Shown: piece after piece, positions 11,791 through 24,406 of the stretch | Layout: the number at the start of each line of letters is the position of its first letter | How positions within the stretch are numbered: position 1 is the first letter of the stretch | Assembly (NCBI GenBank): GCA_032718475.1 | Contig: JAUCBJ010007629.1 | Location: forward strand, 107,047 to 171,046 | Origin: Nemertoderma westbladi | Taxonomy: Eukaryota > Animalia > Xenacoelomorpha | DNA length: 64,000 nt | Direction of reading: 5' to 3' | Made by a program: the position numbers and the translations under genes | Notes under the pieces: generated by a model | Told to the model about the DNA's origin: nothing | What the model saw: only the letters and a program-made list of their open reading frames with translations | The model's database searches: none

Positions 11791-12976
11791 CCCTATTAAA
11801 CCCGGGGGGGGGTCAATATGACCCCCCCGTGGTTTTTTTATTATAATTCTGAAACAAACGCAGTTGGGAATCTGAAATTTTATGACTTTTCCTAAAAATC
11901 TATTGTCTTCCTAGTAGTGAAAACCGTTTTCAAAAATATTGGGTAGTTTTCGAGTTATAGCACCATTTTTTAACCCTACTTTTGCCACTTTTTTTGAGAC
12001 GTTTTTTGAAAATTACATTTCATTAAATATGAATTCTAACATCTCTTTTATTGATTTACACCGGTTTTTTGGTGTTAGAAATTGGATGGAATTCATATAA
12101 ATTGATTTAGAAATTTCAAACTTGTTTTTTCGGCGGGTGCCAATTTTTGGTGCCAGCACCAAATTTTAAAATATGTCAATTTTGTAAATTGATTGTGTGA
12201 AACTTGTTTTTTACGCAATTGGGGTTTTTTGGGGTTCTGGTTTCGATGAAATATATACGAGTTGCACCAAGCGTATCAAACTTGTATTTTTCGGTGGTGG
12301 GTGCAAATTTTGGTGCTAGCACAAAATTTTGAAAATCCATTCAATTGATAAAATTGTTTGTGACAATTTATTTCTTGCGTTTTAGAGGTTTATGGCTATT
12401 CTGAATTGAATGGAATATATAATTTTCGATCTAGGCATCTCAAACTTGTATTTTTCGGAAGTGGGTGCAAAATGTGGTGCTAGCACCAAATTTTGAAAAC
12501 CATCAAATATATAAATTGATTGTGTCACCTTGTTTCTTGCGTTATACGGGTTTGTGAGGGTTCTGAATTCAATGGAATCAGTAAAAATTTCATGAGAGTT
12601 TTCAAACTTGTATTTTTCGCCGGTGGGTGAAAATTGTTGTGCCAGCACCAAATTTTGGAAAATAAGCAAATTGATCAGTAGATAGTATCATCTTGTTTAT
12701 TGCGTTATACGGGTTTATGAGGGTCCTGAATCCGATGGAATCAATAAAAACAGCACTGGACATCGCAAACTTGTACTTTTTGTTGATGGGTACGAAATTT
12801 GGTCCTAGCACCAAAATTTGCCAAATTACGTCGAAAAATACAAGTAGCAATGATCTGGCATATTTGAAATGTATTCCATTAGAATCAGCGCCCTAGAAAA
12901 CCTGAAAATGTGAATTTATAGCATCGCATAAGTGAATTAAAAATTTTGTGTTCTAACTGAAAAGTGCTGGTAACTT
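11791..12976 (+). mobile_element. TTAA-targeting (piggyBac-like) non-autonomous element, copy 1, 3'-truncated
   Basis: TTAA|CCCTATTAAACCCGG end and GGGGTCAATATGACCCC palindrome, with ~180-bp internal repeats. Near-identical to the copies at 25750, 56631 and 61097. Confidence 0.85.
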
Positions 12977-13160
12977 GGACAGCCCATGACTTTCTTGAGA
13001 CGCATCGTAAAGGACACTGGCCTTAAAGATGCGGATGATCTAGCAAATGTCATGGGTGATAGGGAGTTGTGGCAGTGCAATTTTGTTGACAAGCCGGCAC
13101 AGCATTCTTAAAAATGCAGCTGCAATGCAGCATGCCGATCCTAGTAGTAGTAGTAGTAGT
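12977..13160 (+). mobile_element. 3' end of an RTE-like LINE with an (AGT)n tail
   Basis: Translates as PMTFLRRIVKDTGLKDADDLANVMGDRELW, resembling the RTE ORF C-terminus. Ends in tagtagtagtagt. Confidence 0.65.
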
Positions 13161-13243
13161 ATGAACATACATCATCGTCGTAGTAAAAATAGAAAAATAA
13201 AAAAAGGCAAACTCAAACACTGCGAAAAAAGTATTTTTTAATA

Positions 13244-14589
13244 ATGTCAATTATTAAGGAATTAGATTTATTTTCTACACAGCCAATACAGACTGAATTT
13301 AAAGCAAAGCATTATGAAACAATTTACCCAGTATCTAGTCTCAGAAGCGAGTCTAGGGAAGTCACGTTTCTTGTACCAAGATCCAATGAATTCTAAACGA
13401 AACTGCAAGATGCGTTATTAATTACAAAATGTACTGTACGGTGGGATAGACTACTTGAAAACTCACATATTTTATGTTGAATTACCCCTCTGGAACTATG
13501 TGGAGTGATATTAAAATAGACCTCAATGAGAAGCAGGTTGAAAATAGCAATAACCATTATTTCTACAAGTCGTACTTATCCAATTTACTATTTACTACAT
13601 ATGAAACAAAAAATGGGCTACTGGGGGCAGGCGGCTTTCGTCAGCCTTTATCCGAACACGAAAATTAAATTAATCCTGGCGTGCATCCTATTGCCGATTG
13701 CGGATATTTGGTAAACAAATGCAATTTGTAAGTGGATTGACGATTGATTTTGATACTGAAAGTAAAATAATACAACCCGGGTATGATTTAAGAATACATT
13801 TTAGAAAAGTATCAAATTCGTTTATTTTTAAAATCACTCCAAACGCAAACACTGTGACAAATCTTCGGCTAGAATTAGATGAAGTAAAGATCCAAAACCC
13901 TAGAATGGAATCCAGTAATAGAAAGCAGCCATCTACTACTAGGATCGGCATGCTGCATTGCAGCTGCATTTTTAATGCAGCTATTTCTACAGCTAATTCT
14001 CAGCTAATTCTGCAGCCATCTAAAAGGTTTAGAGAGCTACGATATTGAATATAAATTTAAAAAAAAAGAAGTTACTACATTTACTATTCCCGCTCAAACC
14101 ACAAATTACACCCAAACAAACATATTTGATGGTAAAAAACCCAAATTGGTTATTATCGGTTTTATAACAAATAATTCATATTCGGGTGAATTAACTAGGA
14201 ATCCGTTGAAATTTGAACATTTTAACCTTAGACACGCGGAACTGATTGTAGACGGTCCTCCAGTAGGTGGTGTAATATACGAGCCTAATTTTACAGATGG
14301 AACATACATTTTTGAGTATACTCAATTAATGAAGAACATTAATACATATATTAACGGTTATGGAGGTAATAATATAGACCATGAAACCTACTTAGGTAAC
14401 TGCCCACTCATATCCTGGGACCTAACTGCCGACGGCTATGTTAGGGATCCCCAGCCATCAATATATACTAACGGACAATTAAATTTAAGATTTGCCGAAC
14501 CATTGGTTGAGACCATAAATGTAATTGTTTTTAATATTTATGATCAATCATTAAGCTTAAATAGCAGGAAAGAAATACATATCGATTAA
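13244..14589 (+). pseudogene. Polinton/adintovirus major capsid protein, disrupted
   Basis: N-terminus MSIIKELDLFSTQPIQTE, middle NHYFYKSYLSNLL, C-terminus VIIGFITNNSYSGELTRNPLKFEHFNL...WDLTAD...LNLRFAEPLVETINVIVF. Contains stops, frameshifts and an 87-bp insertion. Confidence 0.85.
13925..14022 (-). mobile_element. Tiny retrocopy of the RTE 3' tail inserted in the MCP gene with an 11-bp TSD
   Basis: GCAGCCATCTA is duplicated at 13925 and 14012. The interior contains the reverse complement of 13108-13149. Confidence 0.75.
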
Positions 14590-14591
14590 GT

Positions 14592-14987
14592 ATGTTATCT
14601 ACAGAGGACCTTGATATGTTTCCAGTGGGTGGTCACTATTTGGGGGCATTTCCGTCTAATAAATTACCTAAATTAGATAATAATAAGCGAAGAGACTACG
14701 GGTTAATAGTAAATACCGATAAAGCGCATCTACCTGGTGTTCATTGGGTGGCTATATATATACGAGATAATGAAGCTGAATTATTTAATTCATTTGGTCC
14801 AAAATATCCAAACAGATGTATTGAAAAATGGCTTGAGAAAAATTCAACAAAGTGGTGTACTACTCGCAGGCAATTTCAAGACCCTAGACGGACCATATGC
14901 GGGTTATACTGTCTTTATTACTTGGTAAATCGAATTCACACAAACTATCCAATGAGAGCGTTTACAAATAATGTGAAAAATAAATGA
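14592..14987 (+). CDS. Adenain-like maturation cysteine protease
   Basis: YLGAFPSN, IVNTD...PGVHWVAIY (catalytic His), FNSFG (usually FDSFG), Q...TICGLYCLYYL (catalytic Cys). Starts 2 nt after the MCP stop. Confidence 0.9.
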   Translation: MLSTEDLDMFPVGGHYLGAFPSNKLPKLDNNKRRDYGLIVNTDKAHLPGVHWVAIYIRDNEAELFNSFGPKYPNRCIEKWLEKNSTKWCTTRRQFQDPRRTICGLYCLYYLVNRIHTNYPMRAFTNNVKNK

Positions 14988-15089
14988 ATTAATATTATTT
15001 AAATGGCTTGTTAATTAATATAAAATAAACCAACAGGCGTTGTAATTAATCATTTAACTTTTGTTTATTTAAAAATATTATTCGATAAA

Positions 15090-15661
15090 ATGGATAATGT
15101 TATTTTTGTTGATTTTCAATATTATAAGATAGACAATAAGGAATATCCGGTAGTATTTAAAGAATTTGCTATATTCGATTCTAAATACAGTAAAACTAAT
15201 ATAAAGACGTTTTTAATTAAAGGACCTCCTGATATTAACTTATCGGCATTAGATAAAGCCCACGTAAACAATTTACGCGATATTATATCGCATTTACCCT
15301 GGGATTACGGTGACATTTCGCAAGATGACTTTAAAAAGTACATGAAGAGACATTTGAAATATAAATATAATATATATATATTCGGGTTGATGAAAGCCGC
15401 AATATTAAATACCCAACTTGATGTTTACGCTCCAAAATTGATGAACAAATTGGGAATATTTCGACTATATTAAAATTATTTAACTCCATTTCCCTTCCAC
15501 GATAAATTAACTACTGTAGAAGATAAATGTAGTTTTCACAAAGATGGTGATAGCTGCTTCAATTACTGCTCAGCGAAAAGGATTGGAGGGTATGTAACAA
15601 AGCGATTAACTGAGACAGGTGATAAACAGAAAGAAATAACTGTGGTGAATGATGTACAGTA
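15090..15661 (+). pseudogene. Polinton accessory protein, possibly of DEDD exonuclease-like fold, broken by a stop at 15473
   Basis: VIFVDFQYY...FKEFAI...LPWDYGDI...IYIFGLMK pattern, followed by a downstream Cys/His-rich segment. Confidence 0.5.
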
Positions 15662-16074
15662 GGTTTACTCAAAGCTTGTAATGTGATGGGATATAATATA
15701 ATTTTATTTTGGTGATGGTCTTGATGTTAATATAAAAATATAATAAAATATAATTTTTTTTACAACAAGTTCTCTAAAAAAGAATCAATTGCGCTAGGTT
15801 AACATACCCATTTAACAATATGATGTAGACGTAACATATACAGTAAGTATTCCCGATATCATTCTAATATAGTTGTACCGGTATCACGAAACAACCTTTA
15901 CATCGCAAACTAATAACACATACAGTAGTTGACCAGAGATATAACTTTAGTAATATTAGTCAGAAATGCAACATAATCTGTACAGGATGTAATGTTAACC
16001 TGTTGGTACCGGTACTGTTAAATTCAATAATTTAGTATAGGCCTATCCACAGCTGTCATCCACTTTATCAGTAC

Positions 16075-16860
16075 CGGTAGTGTTTTACTCTTCCAACACT
16101 GCAGTCGCAGTCTACCGGTATCAGTAATCTAGTTCAATCTGTCAATAGCATTTGTTTTTTTCCACCTATGACTGTATAAGCATACTACAGTCCGACTGTG
16201 TCTTGATAAGCATACAACAGTCAGACAGTACCTTGATATGATAAGCATACTGCAGACAGGCTGTGCCTTGATTCTGAAAATGCTTAATTACTAACCTATC
16301 GCTAGCAGTTAGAGTTGAAATTTACTGGTAGTATTCTACTCTTCCAACACTGCAGTCACGGTCTACCGGTAATTAGTAATCTAGTTCAGTCAGGAACACT
16401 GGTCACAATATGTCCAATTTACAGCTAGAATGTGTCCGCGGAAAACGCTCTGAGATTGAAATTTCTCCATAGAAAACAATGCTAAATTTAATTTGAAATC
16501 CGGCAGTGAAATTTTAACATTAGCATTCTAAAAATTATGCCATTAGGGGTAGAATCCCCATAAAATTCTGTATAAATTAATTTGAGAATTGGAATCTCAT
16601 CATTGGGATAACTATCATAATATTAAAAATAAAAAATGTACCCAGCTTCTGCTTTGAGTACTAGTGGAGTTACAACCAAAATATGTCCGGAAATATAATC
16701 GCAGCCTGTGAAGGATAAATAGTGGCTGCATGGACACTTTCTGGCTGTAAATATGTGGAAAATTTTTGACTGAGCTTCAGCCAGAAAGTGACCAGTGTTC
16801 CTAACTGTAGTTCAATAGCATTTGTTTTTTTTCCACCTATAAGCATACTGCAGTCAGGCA
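16075..16860. repeat. ~250-bp degenerate tandem duplication, second unit interrupted by a MITE
   Basis: tactcttccaacactgcagtc...agtaatctagttca at ~16086 and ~16337; caatagcatttgttttttt at ~16143 and ~16813. Confidence 0.6.
16393..16801. mobile_element. MITE with 14-bp TIRs, possibly PIF/Harbinger-like
   Basis: GGAACACTGGTCAC ... GTGACCAGTGTTCC, flanked by TCA and TAA. Confidence 0.6.
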
Positions 16861-17449
16861 AGCATACTGCAGTCATGACCTGGATTGCACGCATGAGCCT
16901 CACATGCAGGGATTAGATCCCCTACCCAAACAATACAGTACTGCAGTACTGTCACTGTTGTTGTAACAGTATAGTCAGATAGAGCATACTGATTTCCTTC
17001 GATTAGCATTGTACTACAGTACTACAGTATTAATGTAACAGTACCTGCAGTAACAAACTAACCCAATGTATGCAATATCATGAGCCAGTTACAATCAGAT
17101 GTGTGCGCAGTCAACCACACTGCTGGGATGCAGTCAACCTCGCAACCAGCCTCGCAGCCAGCCTCGCAGCTACTGCCAGCTAGGATTGCAGTCAGCCTGT
17201 GAGAGTCATGCTTATTCAAACGAGGTTAGTTTTCCCTAACTACCGATAGATCGATTGAAAAATAATAATGTTTAATTTTCACCTTCTAATTACCAATATA
17301 TTCTACACCTAAAGTCACAACACCAAACATTAACAAATAATTAACCTGTTTACTAAATATAGGGTAATAAATGTGAAATTTGCTAGGTGAACACATTAAA
17401 GTACATTTACCGGTATGAAAGCAGCAAATGACTACGGTATTATTTATTC

Positions 17450-17839
17450 TTATTTTGCAATTATTAAAAATTTCAGGTTCATATATGACTTGAAGTTGTA
17501 CATATCAAAGACAACATAAAACCCGGTATTGTTTATCAATAACCTATAGACTCCAGAGTTAATACTAAAAATATAAGTACATAAATTAGCAGATTTTAAA
17601 ATCAAATTAATACTTGTTTTATCAAATATATTATTTTTTACTTTTTGGAAATTATACTTACTACCTAATAATGTAATACGACCATTTTTAAATATTAATA
17701 ATGTGGCACCAAATATCTTATATATAAACTGATTTGGTTTGAGTATGTGTTTACCAGATAATTGATTTTTTAATTCTTTCAAATTAATCGCTGACACTTG
17801 CTGGCAACTTACATTCTTATTAACTATCTGATAGTTCAT
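17450..17839 (-). CDS. TATA-box-binding-protein-like ORF (129 aa)
   Basis: YQIVNKNVS...INLKEL...IYKIFGATLLIFKNGRITLLGSK resembles one TBP repeat (IQNIVST...LDLKTI...TALIFSSGKMVCTGAK). A second repeat appears degenerate. The start overlaps the PolB stop. Confidence 0.6.
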   Translation of the reverse strand: MNYQIVNKNVSCQQVSAINLKELKNQLSGKHILKPNQFIYKIFGATLLIFKNGRITLLGSKYNFQKVKNNIFDKTSINLILKSANLCTYIFSINSGVYRLLINNTGFYVVFDMYNFKSYMNLKFLIIAK

Positions 17840-19081
17840 TGTTTTGTTCCCGATAAATAGGTATATTTATTTTATTTAGTGGTTTTACAACCTTTGTTTG
17901 ATAGTGACCCCAGGAAAGTGAATGATTTTTATTAACCCAATAAAGTTTATCATCAAATGCGCTGAGAGCAAACTTATCTCGTGCTATAGTGTACACTTTG
18001 TGTAATTGACTCTGAAATTGATGCGTTTCCTTAGAAATTTCTTCGTTATACTTATATGCTCTTAAATAATCTTTTTGGCAAATTTTTTTATCCACGACAG
18101 CTCTTGTTATTCTTTTTGCCCGTCCTATATTCGTTTCATTCCATTCCAAAATTGAATATAACTTTGGACATAAAAATACAGCTTGTTTAATCTCTCATGA
18201 GCACAACTCATCTTTACAGTAATAGAGTCTGGATTTATTTTTATTACTATAAAGCGGGTGATCCTTGGGGTAATTAGAGGTATCTAGAATATTATTTTTA
18301 ATTAAGGCTTTTAAGAAATTACTCTGCGATGTATTATAATAACAACCTATTAATGAGTCTGTATCTGATGCTACAATTTCAATTCGGCAGTTTAATTCTT
18401 TCTCAATAGGTAGTAATCTATCGTAGTACAGCTCATACATATCAAGTTTGGCTAAATCCAAGACAGTACTACCTACATAGACTGGTTTATCTAATGTCAC
18501 GCTGTCTTTCACTAATAAGTGTCCCGATAAGGAATTGTTTTAAATCATGAAATTTTCGTGATTTATACGTTTCACCAATTGATCGCATTTCTCATTGCTA
18601 TTAGCGATACGGAAATTACATCGGTCCCGTATCTTTTCTATTGACTTACCAAATAACGAGTTATTCAGCAGCTTTGCAACAGCTGTTTCAATATAAGTTT
18701 TTGCTAGTTGTCTTTGATTAATATTAAAATCTATATAGGGTTTAAATACAAAGTCTTGATGGAAAGAATACAATTTATGGAGCTTAGTACCAATTAAACC
18801 TTGTTTTATATAAAATTTTAGCAGTTTTAAATGTACATGATAGAATTCTTTATCGAATTGTGTCAACATAAGTTTTGGTGCACACATCTTATACTTGCTA
18901 TTAGTACCTCTTTGTTTACATACATTATTAAATTGATCTTTCATATGTGGTAAAGCATTGTCTCATTTATACTTAAATGTTCTGGGGCTAAGGGTAGTTC
19001 TAATGTACGATCATGAATATCTTTGAGATATTTCAAATCGCAAATTAAGAAAAACCCAATATCCCCTTCAGTATCAAGATT
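17820..19081 (-). pseudogene. polB: Protein-primed family B DNA polymerase (C-terminal half), frameshifted
   Basis: GFFLICDLKY..IHD...LPLAPEH, PYIDFN, KLLNNSLFGKSIE (motif B), KPVYVGSTVLDLAK, SDTDSL (motif C), DTSNYPKDHPLYS, ALSAFDDK. Confidence 0.92.
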
Positions 19082-19924
19082 TGTGGCTGGCCACGAGAAA
19101 AGGGACCTTATGTCACCGGAGGTCGATTTTGAGTTATTAGGCCTACGAGATGCAGAATTTTCCAGAGATTTTAACAAAAAAAACGGTGTCTCAATATCTA
19201 TTTCTAAAAAAAAGTTATAGCGATTTATGTGAAGGTGAATCGGGTAGCAAAATTTTTATTAATAGCGGTTATAATAAGCGATTATTTAAAAAAATGGAAA
19301 ATATTAATAATATCATCAATCAATTCTTACTATATAGTTAGGCAGTTTAATGTTATTCGGCTTTTTATACAACTTTTAACACTTTGAAACTATTAATATT
19401 GTTCATGAACTATTTAAAAAAAAATTTTGCAAAATTTTCAAAAAAACATGTAGGCCTAACCAAAAAATTTTTTTTTTTAATTTAACATTTTTTCAAAAAG
19501 ATAAATTTTTTTAACAAATTTTAAAATTATTTGTATTTTGAATTCTTTATTGGGATTACAAAATTTAAGAACTAACGAATTTAAATTAAGAAAATGACAG
19601 CCATATTACATTTAAAAAATAACTGTAGGCCTACAGTACCTATTACAGTATTACAATTTCAATTTATTACAGTCCTAAATTCAGACATGAAAACCCTAAG
19701 ACAGTGTTGTATACAACACTGCAACATCTTATATTGCTTCCTGTAATTAGTTATTTCCTAGGTATATTGAATATCAGAACCAATTTGAATTTCCCTCATC
19801 GTTTTATACATTTCTAAATTGATAATCCAATTAAATTTGTTCAAAAATAGAGGGAAACTTTAAACGCGATTATCTCAGAATCAGGTTTTGCGACATAAGG
19901 TCCCTTTTCTCGTGGCCAGCCACA
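19082..19924. mobile_element. MITE with ~33-bp perfect TIRs inserted into PolB
   Basis: TGTGGCTGGCCACGAGAAAAGGGACCTTATGTC at the left end and its reverse complement at 19892-19924. Flanks read ATTT/ATAT. Confidence 0.82.
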
Positions 19925-20219
19925 TATTCTTAAAGATAATCATTGGTCCACCAATTTTATAACTAAAACGACATTATTTGTTACTGACAAATTACTGCGA
20001 TGAGATTGATCCAACTAATTAATGCATATACTAATATAATACAGCGGTCCATTTAAACACAGAAAAATTCGTTACAAAATATTAATTTGTACGTACTAGG
20101 GAGGCAACCGTCTAATGCATAACCAACCTGGCTACTGAACCAATCAAACAATGAGTGAAAATATAAGCATACCAATACGAATAAGAACCAAAGCAGGACC
20201 TTATCACCCCTGGAACTTT

Positions 20220-20350
20220 ATCGCCCCTATAAATTGCATTTTTGTTGGGAACTTATCGACCCCCAGTTCTGAGTTTTTAGGAACTTATTGCCCCTGGGTC
20301 TTTATCGCCCCCGAGTCTTTATCGCCCCTCATCCTTTATCGCCCCTGTCA
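20220..20350. repeat. Short element with repeated TTATCGCCCC motifs
   Basis: About seven ttatc(a/g)cccc-type units within ~150 bp. Confidence 0.45.
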
Positions 20351-20509
20351 TTATATACAGGATACTTTTCCCCAACTTTCTCATGCTTCCTCTAAGTTAA
20401 ATACTTTACTGTAGTTATAGTTTATATTTATTCTCAAATAGTTTCAGTTAGAGGAGGCCTACATTTAGAAATTATATTATTCATATTTTCATATTCAATT
20501 CATAGACTA

Positions 20510-20590
20510 AGCAGCAGCTTGATTTAGTGTTAACAATCTGGGCTTTCATTCTGGAGGCTCCAGGTTCGATCCCTAGACAACGCATTTTTT
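20510..20590 (+). repeat. tRNA-derived SINE-like head
   Basis: B-box GGTTCGATCC with a degenerate A-box, followed by a T run. No convincing cloverleaf. Confidence 0.35.
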
Positions 20591-22776
20591 TTACTGTTTT
20601 GGCACGGGACTTTAAATGCTGCAGACTATACAGACTATACAGACTATAGCGTCTGTTGCTTCAAGTTGAAGAATTTCTATCTGGGTTTTCTTTGGAAGAT
20701 TCTCTTCGATCTCGATGAGTTTCCTCAAAGGTTTGTCGATAATAGTTGTTGCAGTCAAATCATCACCAAGGTGACTGGTACGCACGCGGGTCTACCTTGA
20801 TTCTTCTGTAACCTCATTGATGCATTGTCCTTCATAAGGTAACATCGTGAACATAGATGGCTTCCCACACAACAAAGATACACATCCCGAAAGATACTAA
20901 AGTCCTGCTCGGGTAAATGCGTTGCACTGAGCGTCAGAATTTGAAAAAGGGTTTAAGGAATCGTCTGAACACATCACTGTGATTTCTTCCTACTGAGTGC
21001 ATGTCCTTTGCTCCAAACTGTTCAAAAAGAGCTTCATTCTCCTCCTGAATGTCCTGAATGAATTGGCTCTCCTGATATCCTCTATGACACTTATAAGAAT
21101 AGTGGTTACGTTTTTAGTCACTACTAGAGAGAATACAACGGAAGTTTATGTTAGTTTTGTGGCAGACTTGGAGGGTTTCGACGGCACTTGGCTCGACCAC
21201 GCTCTAAACCTCCTACTCATAGCCTAGGATCTAAGGTTTCTTTAATGACATACTGGCTCTTATCTAAAAATTATGCCAAATAAAAAACGATTTGGGCTAA
21301 ACTGGCTGTGAGTCCAAAATTACTCACCTTTTTGTCCCAAAACTACTACCCATAAAAATATGCAGTGATGGGATCCGAGTTGGCAAGGATCCCGACCGGG
21401 TTTGTTCTAGGTCATATATGCGTTGTTGCGTTCGTTAATGACTTAGGCTAATGATCTGAAAGGCCGTAGGCCGTTAAAGTAAACAGTTTTGCTGGTTATA
21501 TCTGTTAATAGTCTCAAATAAATACCGGTATTACAGCACAGTATAGCACAATATCAATAATGTTCGTGACGATGGTTAAAAACCGTTTGGGCTTCAATCT
21601 ACTAATAGCCAACTAAAGTCACAATTAATAATGTAACGGTTATATACAATATGGGTTACACATTGCTACCTAAGTTTGGCCTGGCCAATAATGGCTGTGT
21701 TGTGAATATCAGCAAGCCGCCCGAATGATTGTTTGTTCCCTTTGTCAAACTCAACTTCCCCTGAGACCGGCTATGTGCCAACATCTCCCTCTGTGACTGA
21801 CAATATTTATTGCTCTGTGGTGGTTGGTATCCAATATTGTGCTGACAATATTGGATGGTTAATCATGATTCGTAAATAATAAATTTTCCCATTTTCCACT
21901 GGGTGGTGTAGCAAACAATACGCTTACACTCCCTCCCATGCTATCTTCCCGGTAAGAAGATACAATCAACCTTAAGTGCACTCCAATTCCGCTGGAATCC
22001 GATTTAATATCTGATGTGGGGTGGGATATTTTCTTGGGATCAGTTTTCCAGACTGGCCCCCATGGGTTTGTTCTCACTACTCACCCTTGGTACATTCGCG
22101 TGCTAACCTGTACCAAGGTATCTGGCGTCTCTATATTTAGATAATCGCCCTTTCTCCTAACTCTAGTCCCATAGGACCCTCTCTTCACTCGCTCCCCATG
22201 CTTCCCGGAATACTTTTGGACCTGGCATTCTTCACTTCACTTCACTTGTTTCTCGCACCTCCCACAAGGTTCACCGTATTCAACCCTCATGCTTATCTCT
22301 CTACACTCCTGTCGGGTTCCCACAATGTCATTTGTGTGGCCTTACTTGAGAAATGGGATCCATTCAATGACTCATTTTTGTTTCAGTCACTTAGTTCCCA
22401 GTCCCAGGAGCTAATTGGAAAAGGTTGTATATGACTATAGTATGTATATTTGTTATCTTCCTTTCCTACTTATTGCACTTTACATTAATTGCATATTAAT
22501 TAATTGCATATTAATTAAATTTACATAGAGGATCCAGGCCTCAAGTTATCAGTTAATTTTAGTCCACTTACGGTGCCTTCCAGGCATATCAATATCGCCC
22601 GCCCTATCAATCCTAATGTTTACCTCCGGTTTCTTCTGGAAACCACCTCAGTTCCATACCCCTCTCATCGTCCTGCCTTGGGCGTTTCCTATCCTCCTCT
22701 TACCTCTTCAGGGTACTCATCCGCATTGATACCGCCTTGCCAGTCCCCGTTGATGGTTCTTTAGGGGCGGCTGTGA

Positions 22777-23571
22777 TCATTTCGCAATACTGCTTCGCTG
22801 GAGGACACATTGAGTGCTTCTCCTAGTAGCGTCCCACATGATGATCTTCCTAGCACACGGTATATGCTCCGTTAAGAAGTTCCTGATCTCCATTTGATTG
22901 TCTGGCAACCATCTATCGAGGTATTGTTGGGTGTTAGTGACCCCTCCATATGATGCCGCTGTCACTACCTCCTGGTAGGTGAATGGGAGTCTCCTCTTGG
23001 TTATCTCTAAGTGGACTTCTCAATTAATGTTGAAAAACCCCTACCTGAACTCCTGGGCTTTCATCCGTTGTCGAGTCATGACTCTGACGTCTGCCCAGTC
23101 TTTGTAGACACAAAACGTATCTTCATTGTTTGTCCAATCGCACTGTCTCTCAAAGAGCTCTCTGAATCTACACTTACTGCATCTATGGTGTAGCTGCGGG
23201 CATGCACCCATCTTTTGAGTGGAACTTTTACAATATAGACACGTTGCTCCCTTCTCGTAGCGGTACAGACAGCCCTTCTTTTGGCGGGTTAACCGCCCAC
23301 AATAGTCGCAACTGTCTATATCAGTTTGTCTTCCCAACTTGTCCTTAGCCCCGTGCTTTTGCCTGGGTCTGTGGAGTCGCTGATGTGTAAATATTTCCAC
23401 CCTTTCCTCTTTACCCATATCGATGTCCTCCTCCTCTCCTCTAGGCATTGCCTCCCCAAACACTACCCATGGTGCTGATCCTGGCTGTTTGCCCAGTCGA
23501 ATTCTATCCGTCGGGAAATCAATTCTCCAAGCACCCAGGTTCGTTTTTCTGGTGGATCCCAGTAAGCTCTC
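22777..23571 (-). pseudogene. Broken Cys-rich ORF with three degenerate CX2C knuckle-like units, cut by a family A LTR
   Basis: CDYCGRLTRQKKGC, CLYCKSSTQKMGAC and CSKCRFRELFERQC; several short ORFs in series. Confidence 0.4.
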
Positions 23572-24406
23572 TGTAAAAGCTTTTGTGGATATAACAAGTC
23601 ATTTTTCTCCGCAATATACCATGTAGGTGTTTTAGCGGACATAACAAGCCATTTTCTCCGCAATGTACCGTGTAGGTGCTTTAGCGGACATAATAAGCCA
23701 TTTTCTGCCGCAATGCGCCTAATACTCTAAAAGACTGGAACTCAGATGACGAAATCGGTCAGCTGATTTACTGTAAACGTGGAACATCTCTTTGTTCAGC
23801 TTGCTCAGCCAATCAGAGCGATTTTCATTTTATCTTGCACAGAGGCCTACGGAAAACCGCGCAAAGCATTACGGTTTTTGTTTACCTTTTCTGAGCCTTG
23901 GAACATCGGCTTAGAAATTCTTCTGTGCTTCTGTAGAAGTTTCAGACTTTGGCCAACATTAGACGGCTTTGATTATAAGAACGTAAATCTATTATCAAAC
24001 TGACCAAACTGGTCAAACTGCACTCACTCAATCCTATTCACCGCACTATTTTACTTCTGTTTACTGTCTGTTATTAATTGTTATATGTTGATGGATATGT
24101 TGTTATATTTGGAGAATACCGATAAATAATCATAAAATTGATCGTCCACATCCATTGAATGGATAGGCCCAAACTGCAGAGAAGTATATTATTACTTACT
24201 TATATCGTACCTGAGTGCAGTACTGCTGTACTTACCGTTATTATGATGTGGCAGGCTCTGCTGTTAGACCCTAACAACCTGCCTGTGGGATACATACCTG
24301 CTTATTATTACCAGCAACCGGTAGCGCATTTCTAAGTATTTACACAATATCGGTACTCAGCAAATATAACTCATCCTCAAAACAGCTCTACATATAACTG
24401 TATGCA

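Larger units (their letters stand above)
13161..19081. mobile_element. Degraded Polinton/Maverick (adintovirus-like) endogenous viral element
   Basis: MCP, cysteine protease and an accessory ORF on plus converge on pPolB and a TBP-like ORF on minus. A K/R-rich ORF end (...CEKSIF*) lies directly before the MCP. No integrase, ATPase or TIR seen. Confidence 0.88.

Noticed and set aside
12382-12850. Recurrent ORFs in the TTAA element (also 57228-57696 and 61694-62163) as a transposase
   Set aside because: They are short, have no DDD/DDE motifs, and recur only because the element is repeated.
18941-19177. N-terminal half of the 78-aa ORF as PolB sequence
   Set aside because: Residues upstream of NLDTEGD come from the MITE TIR that starts at 19082.
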